DNA from: Macrostomum lignano
Lineage: Eukaryota
Direction: 5' to 3'
Assembly (NCBI GenBank): GCA_002269645.1
Contig: NIVC01001901.1
Span: 124,001 to 188,000, forward strand
Length of the DNA stretch: 64,000 nucleotides
In this document: piece by piece, positions 1-12,651 of the stretch
Layout of the letters: the number at the start of each line of letters is the position of its first letter
Numbering within the stretch: the stretch's first letter is position 1
The notes under the pieces: model-generated
Databases searched by the model: none
What the model saw: the letters and a program-made list of their open reading frames with translations, nothing else
Told to the model about the DNA's origin: nothing
Position numbers and translations under genes: made by a program

Positions 1-750
1 CTCTATCCCCTCCTCTCTAATCTCACTCTATCCCCTCCTCTCTCATCTCACTCTATCCCCTATCTCTCTCATGTCACTCTATCCCACACCTCTCTTATCT
101 CACTCTATCCCCCATCTCTCATCTCACTCTATCCCCTCCTCTCTCATCTAACTATATCCCACACCTCTCTCATCTCACTCTATCCCACACCTCTCTTATC
201 TCACTCTATCCCCCATCTCTCATCTGACTCTATCCCCCATCTCTCATCTCACTCTATCCCCCATCTCTCATCTCACTCTATCCCCTCCTCTCTCATCTCA
301 CTCTTTCCCACACCTCTCTCATCTCACTCTATCCCCTCCTCTCTCATCTCACTCTATCCCCTCCTCTCTCATCTCACTCTTTCCCACACCTCTCTCATCT
401 CACTCTATCCCCACCTCTCTCATCTCACTCTATCCCCTCCTCTCTCATCTCACTCTATCCCCTCCTCTCTCATCTCACTCTTTCCCACACCTCTCTCATC
501 TCACTCTATCCCCTCCTCTCTCATCTAACTATATCCCCTCCTCTCTCATCTCACTCTATCCCCTCATCTCTCATCTCACTCTATCCCCTCCTCTCTCATC
601 TCACTCTATCCCCTCCTCTCTCATTTAACTATATCCCCTCCTCTCTTATCTCACTCTATCCCTCATCTCTCATCTCACTCTATCCCCCTCCTCTCTCATC
701 TCACTCTATCCCCTCCTCTCTCATCTCACTCTTTCCCACACCTCTCTCAT
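1..750. repeat. Degenerate ~24-25 bp pyrimidine-rich minisatellite (CTCTCATCTCACTCTATCCCCTCCT-like), running off the left edge
   Basis: Directly visible tandem units with variants (ATCTAACT, TTTCCCACAC). Confidence 0.9.
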
Positions 751-927
751 CCACACCTACGATGCATGTTGAAGATGGACCCATATATTAAGTTAATTAA
801 AGGCTCCAGAAGCATCTCGTATTCCTTATTGAATTATTTATGAAACACTGACTAGGCAGCGACACCTCTCTCTGTCTGACAAGCTCTCGGAGGCACGCAG
901 CACCCAGTGCAGTCCATCGGTACTCAC

Positions 928-1069
928 CTCACGGAGCAGGTGTAGCTGGCCTCGGGCGTGCCGGCCGCTGGCATTTTCTCCACTTCGACTTCCGAATCGG
1001 CGTAGCGAGCGCTGTCAGCTTTGGCGAGGCTGTTGTAGAGCAAACCGCTCAGCGGCTCCGCTTCCAGGT
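928..1069 (-). CDS. Internal coding exon (142 nt) of unidentified gene A: (D)LEAEPLSGLLYNSLAKADSARYADSEVEVEKMPAAGTPEASYTCSV
   Basis: Minus strand has branch GCTAAC, a pyrimidine tract and CCCACAG acceptor at 1071-1070, 46 open codons, and a G|GTGAGT donor at 927. Its phase-1 start joins the 16-nt exon at 4906-4921 to form GAC. Confidence 0.75.
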
Positions 1070-1204
1070 CTGTGGGCGGAGATGGGGCGGAGAGGCTGGG
1101 TTAGCAAGCTCTGAGAAATTTAGGTGTGAGTGTCAGGAAGGTGAGAGTCATAGAAATGTGAAAACTGGGAAAAATGAGAGCCAGATAATGCTGATAGTCA
1201 ATGA

Positions 1205-2785
1205 AGGGTGAGAGTCGGGAACGGATAAGAAAAGGGAAAGGTGAGAGTCAGGAACAGATGAGAATAGGGAAAGGTGTGAGTCAGGAACAGATGAGAATAG
1301 TTGAAGGTGAGAGTCAGGAACAGATGAGAATAGGGAAAGGTGTGAGTCAGGAACAGATGAGAATAGGGAAAGGTGAGAGTCAGGAACAGATGAGAATATG
1401 GAAAGGTGAGAGTCAGGAACAGATGAGAATCGGGAAAGGTGAGAGTCAGGAACAGATGAGAATCGGGAAAGGTGAGAGTCAGGAACAGATGAGAATCGGG
1501 AAAGGTGAGAGTCAGGAACAGATGAGAATCGAAAAAGGTGAGAGTCAGGAACAGATGAGAATCGGGAAAGGTGAGAGTCAGGAACAGATGAGAATCGGGA
1601 AAGGTGAGAGTCAGGAACAGATGAGAATAGGGAAAGGTGAGAGTCAGGAACAGATGAGAATAGGGAAAGGTGAGAGTCAGGAACAGATGAGAATCGGGAA
1701 AGGTGAGAGTCAGGAACAGATGAGAATAGTTGAAGGCGAGAGTCAGGAACAGATGATAATAGTTGAAGGCGAGAGTCAGGAACAGATGAGAATAGTTGAA
1801 GGTGAGAGTCAGGAACAGATAAGAATAGGGAAAGGTGAGAGTCAGGAACAGATGAGAATCGGGAAAGGTGAGAGTCAGGAACAGATGAGAATAGGGAAAG
1901 GTGAGAGTCAGGAACAGATGAGAATAGCTGAAGGTGAGAGTCAGGAACAGATGAGAATAGGGAAAGGTGAGAGTCAGGAACAGATGAGAATAGGGAAAGC
2001 TGAGAGTCAGGAACAGATGAGAATCGGGAATGGTGAGAGTCAGGAACAGATGAGAATAGGGAAAGGTGAGAGTCAGGAACAGATGAGAATAGGGAAAGGT
2101 GAGAGTCAGGAACAGATGAGAATAGGGAAAGCTGAGAGTCAGGAACAGATGAGAATAGGGAATGGTGAGAGTCAGGAACAGATGAGAATAGGGAAAGCTG
2201 AGAGTCAGGAACAGATGAGAATAGGGAATGGTGAGAGTCAGGAACAGATGAGAATAGGGAAAGATGATAGGAACAGATGAGAATAGGGAATGGTGAGAGT
2301 CAGGAACAGATGAGAATAGGGAAAGGTGTGAGTCAGGAACAGATGAGAATAGTTGAAGGTGAGAGTCAGGAACAGATGAGAATAGGGAATGGTGAGAGTC
2401 AGGAACAGATGAGAATCGGGAAAGGTGAGAGTCAGGAACAGATGAGAATAGGGAAAGGTGAGAGTCAGGAACAGATGAGAATCGGGAAAGGTGAGAGTCA
2501 GGAACAGATGAGAATAGGGAAAGGTGAGAGTCAGAACAGATGAGAATAGTTGAAGGTGAGAGTCAGGAACAGATGAGAATAGGGAAAGGTGTGAGTCAGG
2601 AACAGATGAGAATAGGGAAAGGTGAGAGTCAGGAACAGATGAGAATAGTTGAAGGTGAGAGTCAGGAACAGATAAGAATCGGGAAAGGTGAGAATCAGGA
2701 ACAGATGAGAATCGGGAAAGGTGAGAGTCAGGAACAGATGAGAATCGGGAAAGGTGAGAGTCAGGAACAGATGAGAATCGGGAGT
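1205..2785. repeat. 27-bp minisatellite (GGTGAGAGTCAGGAACAGATGAGAATAGGGA-type), about 58 units
   Basis: Tandem units; the 9-aa GKGESQEQMRI ORFs arise because the period is a multiple of 3. Confidence 0.95.
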
Positions 2786-3424
2786 GGGGGGAATTGAGAA
2801 AACCTGTTGATTGACTGCTCAGTCACCACCCCTATAGAGCCAGACCCGCAATGGAGCTCATTGATCTCCCAGCAAACTTACTTAACCCATAGGCTTGGAA
2901 GTATATCGCCCTTTGTTTAAAAAGTTGCCCTCAATACTAGAATATTCCTTGGTTGGGATTTGGGAGAAAGGGACAGACGAGAGTCAGCAAGTGAGGAGAG
3001 GCTCGAGAGCTGCGTGACCCAGAATGCAAATTTAAATCCCACTGGGATCTTGCGACTCCCTCCCCACTCGGTCCCTACCAAACATTCTTATCTCGTGTAT
3101 TGCCTCTTTTCCCACCCACTTTCTCCCCCCCATCCCACCAAGTCGGCTCTCTGTGCGGTCTCTGACCCTTCAGGCTCTTTGCCCTCGAGCTGTTGAGGCG
3201 GGCGACAGGCGGGCGGGCGCAGCAGAGACATTGCAGTCAAAGGGCAATGGACAAACTTGCTTGTCTTGTTGAAAGGACAAAGCCAATGCTGTATTTGCTT
3301 CAGTAAACTAGGTTTGGCTATGCTGTATGAATATTTGCTGAGAGCTTATGCACTGCTGCTGGGCTGAGCGTGTTGGCCGCTGGCAGCTTTTTTATCTTCA
3401 GCCTTATCCATTCTGCCTCCCCAT

Positions 3425-3940
3425 CTCTCTTCTCCCCTCTCTCCTCTCCACTCTCTCCTCTCCCCTCTCTCCTCTCTCCTCGCTCCTCTCTCCTCTCTCC
3501 TCTCTCCTCTCTCCTCTCTCCTCTCCCTCTCTCCACTCCCCTCTCTCCTCTCTCCTCTCTCCTCTCCTCTCTCCCTCTCTCATCTCTCCTCTCCCTCTCC
3601 TCTCCCCTCTCTCCACTCCCCTCTCTCCTCTCTCCTCTCTCCTCTCCCCTCTCTCCACTCCCCTCTCTCCTCTCTCCTCTCTCCTCTCCTCTCTCCCCTC
3701 TCATCTCTCCTCTCCCTCTCCTCTCCCCTCTCTCCACTCCCCTCTCTCCTCTCTCCTCTCTCCTCTCTCAACTCCCTCTCTCCACTCCCCTCTCTCCTCT
3801 CCCCTCTCTCCACTACCCTCTCTCCTCTCCCCTCTCTCCTCTCCCCTCTCCCCTCTTTCCTCTCTCCTCTCTCCTCTCCCCTCTCCCCTCTCCCCTCTCC
3901 CCTCTCCCCTCTCCCCTCTCTCCTCTCTCCTCTCCTCTGC
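3425..3940. repeat. CT-only low-complexity tract (CTCTC/CTCTCTC)n
   Basis: About 500 nt almost purely C/T on the + strand. Confidence 0.95.
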
Positions 3941-4359
3941 CAGAAGAACAATAGTATCTTAATATATATATGTGTATATATGCCATTGCAAGCCTAACGG
4001 ATATTGTCATTATCATTATTAATAACTTTTTCTACTTTTTCTGATCCAACTCTTCAGCGGAGAAAGCAGAAGGGTGATCTTCTGGGAGCTGTTCTGTTGG
4101 AGCCGCAAAGCTCTTCTGAGATCGGCGGGAGATCCTCTGGACTGGGGGGAGTGAGAGGGGAACGATGGAGGGATGGGGAGGTGCAGGGACCGCCCGCTGG
4201 GATTGCTAGGAGAAACAGATAAATAAATGGCTAAAAATGCCAACGCAGACTTCGGCGAAAACTCTGCTTTGGCTCTGCTAAAAGCAGAAAAGATATTGCC
4301 TGCCTATGAGTCTTGTTCGAGTGAGACACGAGTTTGCTCTTACTGCGCCTCAAACTTTG

Positions 4360-4830
4360 TGAGGGTGAAACTCTGTGGAGGGAGGGTAAAACTTTGTTAA
4401 GGGAGGGTAAAACTCTGTGAAGGGAGGGTAAAACTCTGTGGAGGGAGGGTGAAACTCTATGGAGGGTAAAACTCTATGGAGGGTAAAACTCTACGAAGGG
4501 AGGGTAAGTGGTGAAGAAAAGGTAAAACTTGAGGAGGGAGGGTAAAACTCTGTGGAGGGTAAAACTCTATGGAGGGTAAAACTCTGTGGAGGGAGGGTAA
4601 AACTCTGTGAAGGGAGGGTAATAATCTGTGGAGGGAGGGTAAAACTATGTGGAGGGAAGGTAAAACTCTGTGGATGGAAGGTAATAATCTGTGGAGGGTA
4701 AAACTCAGTGGAGGGCAAAACTCTGTGGAGGGTAAAACTCTATGGAGGGTAAAACTCTACGAAGGGAGGGTAAGTGGTGAAGAAAAGGTAAAACTTGAGG
4801 AGAGAGGGTAAAACTCTATGGAAGGGGGGC
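4360..4830. repeat. Degenerate ~17-21 bp minisatellite GAGGGTAAAACTCT(G/A)TG
   Basis: Tandem units with a larger duplicated block (about 4450-4560 repeated at about 4720-4820). Confidence 0.85.
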
Positions 4831-4905
4831 AAAGCTCAGGGGGGGAACAATCTGAGAGGGGGCACTAGATTTTCACTTGTAACTCTAAATACCAATCAAA
4901 CTCAC

Positions 4906-4921
4906 CTTTAGGTGAAACAAA
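4906..4921 (-). CDS. 16-nt microexon of gene A (FVSPK+G)
   Basis: Perfect TACTAAC branch (4948-4942), GGTCAG acceptor (4923-4922), AAG|GTGAGT donor (4905); phase 0 in and phase 1 out matches both flanking exons. Confidence 0.65.
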
Positions 4922-5499
4922 CTGACCAGAAACACAGCAGTGTTAGTAAACTTGGGCCAGCCGAACTTGCTCCAACAGATTAAATAGTTGAGATTTTGTC
5001 CCCTGCCTGTGTTCTTGCCTCTTGTCCTGTCCTGCAACTCTCTGTGCAAGCTTTGGGGAGACTACTGGATAAAGGCAAATCCCTTTGGCTGATATAGAGC
5101 CTGCGCTGAGCTGCTCGGTGAGTTTGCGAACCTGCAGACCCCGCTGCCTCCTCTTCCCAATGCCCCCCCCCCCCTCTAGACCAATGGGGATTTATGGGGA
5201 TTTTCAAAGCTCCACCTCTATCTCCCCATTTCTTTCTCCCTTCTCTTTCATTTTTCTCTTTCACCCGCGCTGATCTCTGGCAGCGGATTCTCCCTCCGCC
5301 GAGCTGCTCTGGAGTCTCGGCCGGCTCGTCAGATTATCCGCTGACAGGTTTTTTCTTGACTAATTCTCTGCCGATGCAGTGAAGAGAATCATTTTAATTT
5401 GTTTTCTTAGATCGGGCAAATCTTTATTTCACTGATAGTGATATCGTAACTTGATTTCCATGCTTTTGAGCATAATAAAATTGCGATGTAAAGTTATAG

Positions 5500-5990
5500 A
5501 AAGCTAGTAGAAGCCCTGGAAAGCTAGTGGAAGCCATGCGAAGCTAGTGGAAGCCATGGGAAGCTAGTGGAAGCCATGCGAAGCTAGTGGAAGCCATGGG
5601 AAGCTAGTGGAAGCCATGCGAAGCTAGTGGAAGCCATGGGAAGCTAGTGGAAGCCATGGGAAGCTAGTGGAAGCCATGGGAAGCTAGTGGAAGCCATGGG
5701 AAGCTAGTGAAAGCCATGGGAAGCTACGTAGTGGAAGCCATGCGAAGCTAGTGGAAGCCATGGGAAGCTAGTGGAAGCCATGGGAAGCTAGTGGAAGCCA
5801 TGCGAAGCTAGTGGAAGCCATGGGAAGCTAGTGGAAGCCATGCGAAGCTAGTGGAAGCCATGCGAAGCTAGTGGAAGCCATGGGAAGCTAATGAAAGGCA
5901 TGGGAAGCTAGTGGAAGCCATGGGAAGCTAGTGAAAGCTACTCGTAGCATATTGAAGCTATGGAAGCTATCAAAAGTCAAATGGAGTTAG
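5500..5990. repeat. 20-bp minisatellite AAGCTAGTGGAAGCCATG(G/C)G
   Basis: Visible tandem units; a diverged dimer of the adjacent 10-mer. Confidence 0.9.
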
Positions 5991-6009
5991 TGGAAGCTAT
6001 AGAAGAATA

Positions 6010-6540
6010 GCGGAAGCCAGTGGAAGCCAGCGGAAGCCAGCGGAAGACAGCGGAAGCCAGCGGAAGCCAGCGGAAGCCAGCGGAAGCCAGCGGAAGCCAG
6101 CGGAAGCCAGCGGAAGCCAGCGGAAGCCAGCGGAAGCCAGCGGAAGCCAGCGGAAGCCAGCGGAAGCCAGCGGAAGCCAGCGGAAGCCAGCGGAAGCCAG
6201 CGGAAGCCAGCGGAAGCCAGCGGAAGCCAGCGGAAGCCAGCGGAAGCCAGCGGAAGCCAGCGGAAGCCAGCGGAAGCCAGCGGAAGCCAGCGGAAGCCAG
6301 CGGAAGCCAGCGGAAGCCAGCGGAAGCCAGCGGAAGCCAGCGGAAGCCAGCGGAAGCCAGCGGAAGCCAGCGGAAGCCAGCGGAAGCCAGCGGAAGCCAG
6401 CGGAAGCCAGCGGAAGCCAGCGGAAGCCAGCGGAAGCCAGCGGAAGCCAGCGGAAGCCAGCGGAAGCCAGCGGAAGCCAGCGGAAGCCAGCGGAAGCCAG
6501 CGGAAGCCAGCGGAAGCCAGCGGAAGCCAGCGGAAGCCAA
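6010..6540. repeat. Near-perfect 10-bp tandem repeat (CGGAAGCCAG)n, about 52 copies
   Basis: Directly visible. Confidence 0.95.
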
Positions 6541-6586
6541 CTATGCAGGTAAAGTTATCAAAAGCCAAAAGTTTGCAGAATCTCAC

Positions 6587-6649
6587 CCTCAGCCTCCGTG
6601 ACAGCTGCTCCAGCTTCGCCACCCGACGGTTTCGTAGCATTAGAAGAGC
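6587..6649 (-). CDS. 63-nt exon of gene A (ALLMLRNRRVAKLEQLSRRLR)
   Basis: CCCATCCTTATCGCTTGCAG acceptor (6651-6650), AGG|GTGAGA donor (6586), phase 0/0, open frame. Confidence 0.65.
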
Positions 6650-7416
6650 CTGCAAGCGATAAGGATGGGATTTGGGCTCAAAATTAGTTGAAAGAATCAT
6701 AAAAAGAATTTATTTGCAAAACATTAAGACGTATAAGGTTTGTTTGACTACTGAATGTCAGTAGCAGTTTAAGCGTGTGTCTGAATTTCAACTGAAAACT
6801 CTGTCTAAGGTTGATAGGGTTCGTCTAGAGACTTGTTCATCACCAGCTTAAGCAAAAGGACTTTCGAAAAAATTGAAATTCGCACGACCTGCAAGTGTAG
6901 CGCACATCTAATCGAGTTGTCCATGGACTCCTTACAGTACGCTCGTAGCCCAAATGTACTTAGTTGTAAATTAATTTCTATGAAAGCCAATCTAACTACG
7001 GCACACGCACAGATAAAAGCCTCGAATTCCCGAATTCCTAAACGACTGCGAGCCGCCAATTCTGTCAGTTGTGCAGCCGTCCTGGAGGAGGCCGAGAGGC
7101 CGATTCTGACAAGAAGAATGGCGGCCGAACAACCCGCACCCCCCCCCCCCACCGCAGCAGCTCCGCAGCCGGGCAAGACAAATATGGGCCGCCTGGGAGT
7201 TGCAATGGCGGCAATTTTAACTGTCAGATCCGGAGCAGAAATTGATGGAGGGGCAGCGCGAACGGCTCGGCGCGGCGGTAGCGAAAAAATACTGCATGGG
7301 GGATTTGCTTTAGGCTCCGAGCAGCGGGGCCGAGTGGTCAGGGATTTGAACGCTGCGCTTCGGGCTGGCTGCCTCGTGGGAGCGGGCAGTGCTTTTCTGT
7401 ATCTCGTCTGTGCCTG

Positions 7417-8206
<790 letters not shown>

Positions 8207-8809
8207 GAGTAACTTTTAAAGTATTTGAGGTTTGAGAATGATAAATCAAGCTCATCTAGCTATTTCTGGCAAAGGAAATATGGAATGCAGAGTAAAAACA
8301 TCCTCGAATCCTACTGTGTTTCTAAAGCATCCTTTTCATCACGAACAGCGTTAGTCTTTGACTCTCTCAATCCAGCTTTTTCCGTCTACATCAACGCGCG
8401 GAGCTTCAGGCTGAATGGGCAGAGCAGAAGAAGAGATGCAGCCGTGAGTCGGGCTGCTGCTGGATCGCGTGATTAAACGGTATTAACGGCTTCTCTCTCC
8501 CTCTCACTCCCAAACGGTCTCCCACTCTCGTCCCCCTCGACTCGTCTCAGAGGCTGAAAAGATTTCTCTAAGACCCAGTCGCTGATAAGCCCCGCCCCCT
8601 GCAACTCTTTCCCTCGCTTTAGGAGCAGCCAATCTGGTAGCTAACCATTGCTACAGTGGTCCAGATGAGGCTGGGGCTCCCAGCTGCTTGGTCTGGGGAC
8701 TCTACAGTACATGCCGCGTGCGAAACGAGAGCAAAGACACTGTTTGTATAGAATAGTAGCTTTTTCAGAACTTGGTAGGAGCATTAGGCAGAGGCGAGAG
8801 TAGGTTGCT

Positions 8810-9300
8810 AATCTATTCAAAGTCACAGACAAAGGAATAGAATGGATTGCTAATCTAGCCAACATCACTGATGAAGGAATAGAATGGATTGCTAATCTAA
8901 CCAAAATCATCGATGAAGAAATAGAATGGATTGCTAATCTAGCCAACATCATGGATGCATGAAGGAATAGAATGGATAGCTAATCTAGCCAACATCACTG
9001 AACCAAAATCATCGATGAAGAAATAGAATGGATTGCTAATCTAGCCAACATTATTGATGAAGGAACAGATTGGATTGCTAATCTAGCCAAAATCATCGAT
9101 GAAGAAATAGAATGGATTACTAATCTAGCCAACATCATGGATGAATGAATAGAATGGATTGCTAATCTAGCCAACATAATGGATGAAGAAATAGAACGGA
9201 TTGCTAATCTAGCCAACATCATGGATGAAGGAATAGAATGGATTGCTAATCTAGCCAACATCATGGATGAAGGAATAGAATGGATTGCTAATCTAGCCAA
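8810..9300. repeat. 42-bp satellite-family array (GGAATAGAATGGATTGCTAATCTAGCCAACATCATGGATGAA)
   Basis: 42-bp period (9181 to 9223); close to the reverse complement of subunit 1 of the 121-bp satellite. Confidence 0.9.
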
Positions 9301-10263
9301 AATGAATTAAATTTAACATGGAGAGCTGATCTAAGCAGTGATAAGAACTGTTGGCCTTTATCAAGATGCATAAACAGGCAAACCGCGAGAGCAAACCTGC
9401 ACCCGTTGCTGAGTCCTCGCTGATGCAGTTCAGCTGCCGCCTTGCCAGACTCATAATCGGCTCTATTGGTGGCTACAGCAGAATGTCCAGAGTAATATTC
9501 GCTACCTTCGCTTAACTGCCGCGACGTATTATTAGAGAGGGCCGGTCTGGACGCGCTTATCGACTTTGAAACTGAGCGAGAAGTCTTTGGGACTCCCCGG
9601 ACAGTTGGCAAGCAGTACGAGAAGCCAGACTGCCCCAGTAACCAATGGCTGGCCAACCAAAACTCTCTCCTGCAAGAAGTCCGCCCCACCCACCCGATTT
9701 TCATTCCCCCTCCCGGCAGAGCATCGCTTCTGCGTCTCCCTCGCCCTCTCTGTCACTCCGGTGCAGTGGCCCCGCAATTTTCCCACTTTACGCACAACTT
9801 TTTAATCGCTTCCTCACTTGCAAAGCGTCAGTTCGCCTGCCCCAGACCGCCTTCTTCCCTGGGAAAGTTGAGCTTGAGTGGCAGTGGCGTTACAATCATG
9901 GGGGAGCGGATTGGGAGAATGGGAGGGGAGGATAATGACACGGGGAGAGTATAGAGCGGCGTAGCAAGAGCACTAGAAATTACAATCGAAATTTAATTAG
10001 AGACTAAACTCAGACTAAGCGGTTGAGTTCGCACATTATGAGAAGAGAATGTTGTTGTTATGAGAAATTATGCGGGAAACAAGAGACAGAGTACAAATTA
10101 TAATGATGGCATGGTGAAATGAGGGCAAAAAAATAAGACTTGATGGCTAGATGAGTGCGTGGATGAGTAGGTGGATAGATGGTCTCGCTGCTCTCGGAGT
10201 TACTTCAGAGTAGAACCCAGAAATCTCCCAAACTTCCATTAACTCTATTTCGGTACAACTCAC

Positions 10264-10296
10264 CTTTCTTTTTCTCTGCTCTTGAAGTCTCTCTGG
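10264..10296 (-). CDS. 33-nt microexon of gene A (PERLQEQRKRK)
   Basis: CACTCAT branch-like motif, TGCCCAG acceptor (10298-10297), AAG|GTGAGT donor (10263), phase 0/0. Confidence 0.6.
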
Positions 10297-11919
10297 CTGG
10301 GCACACACGAAATGAGTGGTTTGGCAACCAGAACTAGAAGGGGAAGTCATTCCGTTCCGTTCCTATTTTCTATTTTCTTACTTTTTTCCTGAGCCGCAGG
10401 TCTACCGCCTTTCCGCATTGGGTCAGTCAGTACTTATTCATATCTCAACCTGGTCAAGGCACGCATGCTGGTTCAAGATGAGATTACATATAACAAAGCG
10501 TTATACAATAGTAAGGTGTCAGTGTAATTCTACGTCTGTGTACAATTGTACCAAGGACTACTCCTTGCGTCTTGAGTCTTGCGTCCTATATATACGTTAC
10601 TTTAGTCGTCCTTGAATTGTACATCGGAGGCCAATAAACAAGTAACAGCCGCAGACTAGATAGAGGTTCCACTAAAGGAAAATCACCCATCTAGTCGGGT
10701 GGACACAGGGTGTACCCAGACTAGGCTAGTCCAGTGCGAGTCCACGGGGTACATGAGTATAGGAGTGAGGGGTTGGGGTCTGGGGACGCTGCATACCTGC
10801 ATTGGACAAGAAGATACGGGGCCCACAGTTACGTGTTACATAGGCCTAACATAGGCCTAACATTTATAGTTTCTGCTACTATAAATAATTTTAAAACTAA
10901 AGGCAGCAAAATAATAGCATTCGTTCCACAATTCCTATATGTATCGAAAAGGGAAACCCGCGGTTTTATATTTTTAGACTGCAGGCTTCCGAGTCCACGA
11001 CCACGAGTCCTAAGGTCTTGTCTGGCCTACCGTGGACCCACCCGCTCTGAAATGAAAGTCGAGGGGCGGGGGGTTGTTAATGGAAAAACCAGTTAGGGGT
11101 GCTTGTGTGTGTACACTGTGGCCCTGTACACTGAAGGACGAAATTTTATTGGAGGAGTGGGGTGGCTGTCAGATCAAACAAAGAATAGAGGATTTAGAAA
11201 GAGAGACCACATTGTACAATGTGTTTAGGACCAATGTAAAGCCTACATCCAGTAAAGCCTATCTGAAAAAACTGATTGCACAGATAGTGTATATAATTAA
11301 TTCACATTAACTCAAATTACCCAGTCACATTGAAAGTTCACTTGAAAGTCACATTAAATTCATGCGTACCGCTAATAAGATAATTAGCGCGTCCTATGAT
11401 TAGTTATGCAAAATTTGACTCTTAAGCACTATTAAAATGAACTACTTTGGAAGGGGTCAGTCAGCTCTTAACTAACTGTATCAAGCGATTCCTTCAAATG
11501 GAAATTGCTTAGTTTGTCAGGCCAGGCGGTTAAAAATAATGCAGTGAACGAATCTTTTTTATCGAGCGAACCAGTTTGCTAAATTAAAGGTAAAGCTACG
11601 AGTAGAACAGAGGCCCTGCTCAGCTCAGGATTCTGTGGCCAATTAGTCACGGGTGGTCGGACGAACGGCCGAGCTAAATGAAGCGCAGTTGATTCAGGGA
11701 GAAACTAGGGGTAAATCTACCTAGCAGAGACTTCGTCACGAAGGTTCGAGATATAATACATGTAACAGTACTGATGTGACGGTCAATGTGGATACGAAAT
11801 ATAGAATGTGAAAGTAGGATGGAAGTGGCAGTGGCTACCAGCTGAGGGATGGCGTACAATTTAGAGATTCAAGCTGTCACTTTGCACTTAATAATTCATG
11901 AAATGTGTATCCATAGATG

Positions 11920-12651
11920 ATGGATAGACGACTTCCTGAAGGCTTTTGACTCGGTCGCTCAAGGCGTGATACCATTAGTTCTTCCAGCCTACAATGTCCC
12001 AGAGAAGCTGATGGCGCTCTACCAAGACACGATCGCTGCTGCGAGCACACCTGACGGCCTCTCCGACTTCTTCACCACCTCATCCGGAGGGCTCACGTGG
12101 GCGGCTTTCCGCTGTGTGCGTGTCATGCTCCAGAGCGACACCCTGCCAGACCAGCTGAAGACTCGACTGTTCCAGGCGGTCGTGGAAACGTTGCTCCTCT
12201 ACAACGCCGAGACATGGACCATGACGGAGGTCCTGGAACGACACTGGACGCGGTGCACTCCAGCCTGCTACGCGCTGCCTTCAACATCCAACGTCACGCC
12301 GAACACGTCGCCGAACAAGCTGGCGGGTCACGTCATCCGCGCCGAGTCCTAATGCCCGGAGCCGCTGCAGGAGGTCCTGCTGTGGACACAGCGGGTCCCC
12401 TTCCGGCGAGGGCAGTCGCGGACCCGAAGGTTCGTCGACTGTTTGACAGAAGACGCCAAGTCTCCTAACAAGGCCAACGGCGTCGTTTTTATCAGAGACT
12501 TTGCGACTAAGCGTGTTTTTGACTTTGTCCCCCTCTTCCTGACCACTTTGTGGTCGGCGGACCTTGTAACTATAATTGTATTGTATTGTATTGCATTGTA
12601 TTGTATTGCATTGTATTGTATTGTATTGCATTGTATTGTATTGTATTGTAC
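11920..12651 (+). mobile_element. 5'-truncated, internally deleted RTE-type non-LTR retrotransposon with (ATTGT)n tail and TSD
   Basis: RT motif DFLKAFDSV; RTE-type C-terminal LFQAVVETLLLYNAETWT; tail at about 12575-12650; flanking direct repeat CCATAGATG at 11911-11919 and 12652-12660 (14 bp with one mismatch). Confidence 0.8.

Noticed and set aside
1201-2797. GKGESQEQMRI repeat protein
   Set aside because: 27-bp minisatellite with frameshifts, lying antisense in an intron of gene A
4830-4870. Hairpin plus CTAG as a Helitron 3' end
   Set aside because: Weak stem, CTAG not followed by T, no other Helitron evidence
9340-9700. LIIGSIGG as a restriction-like endonuclease tail of an R2/NeSL element
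   Set aside because: No CCHC or PD..D motif upstream; stops in frame; similarity too weak
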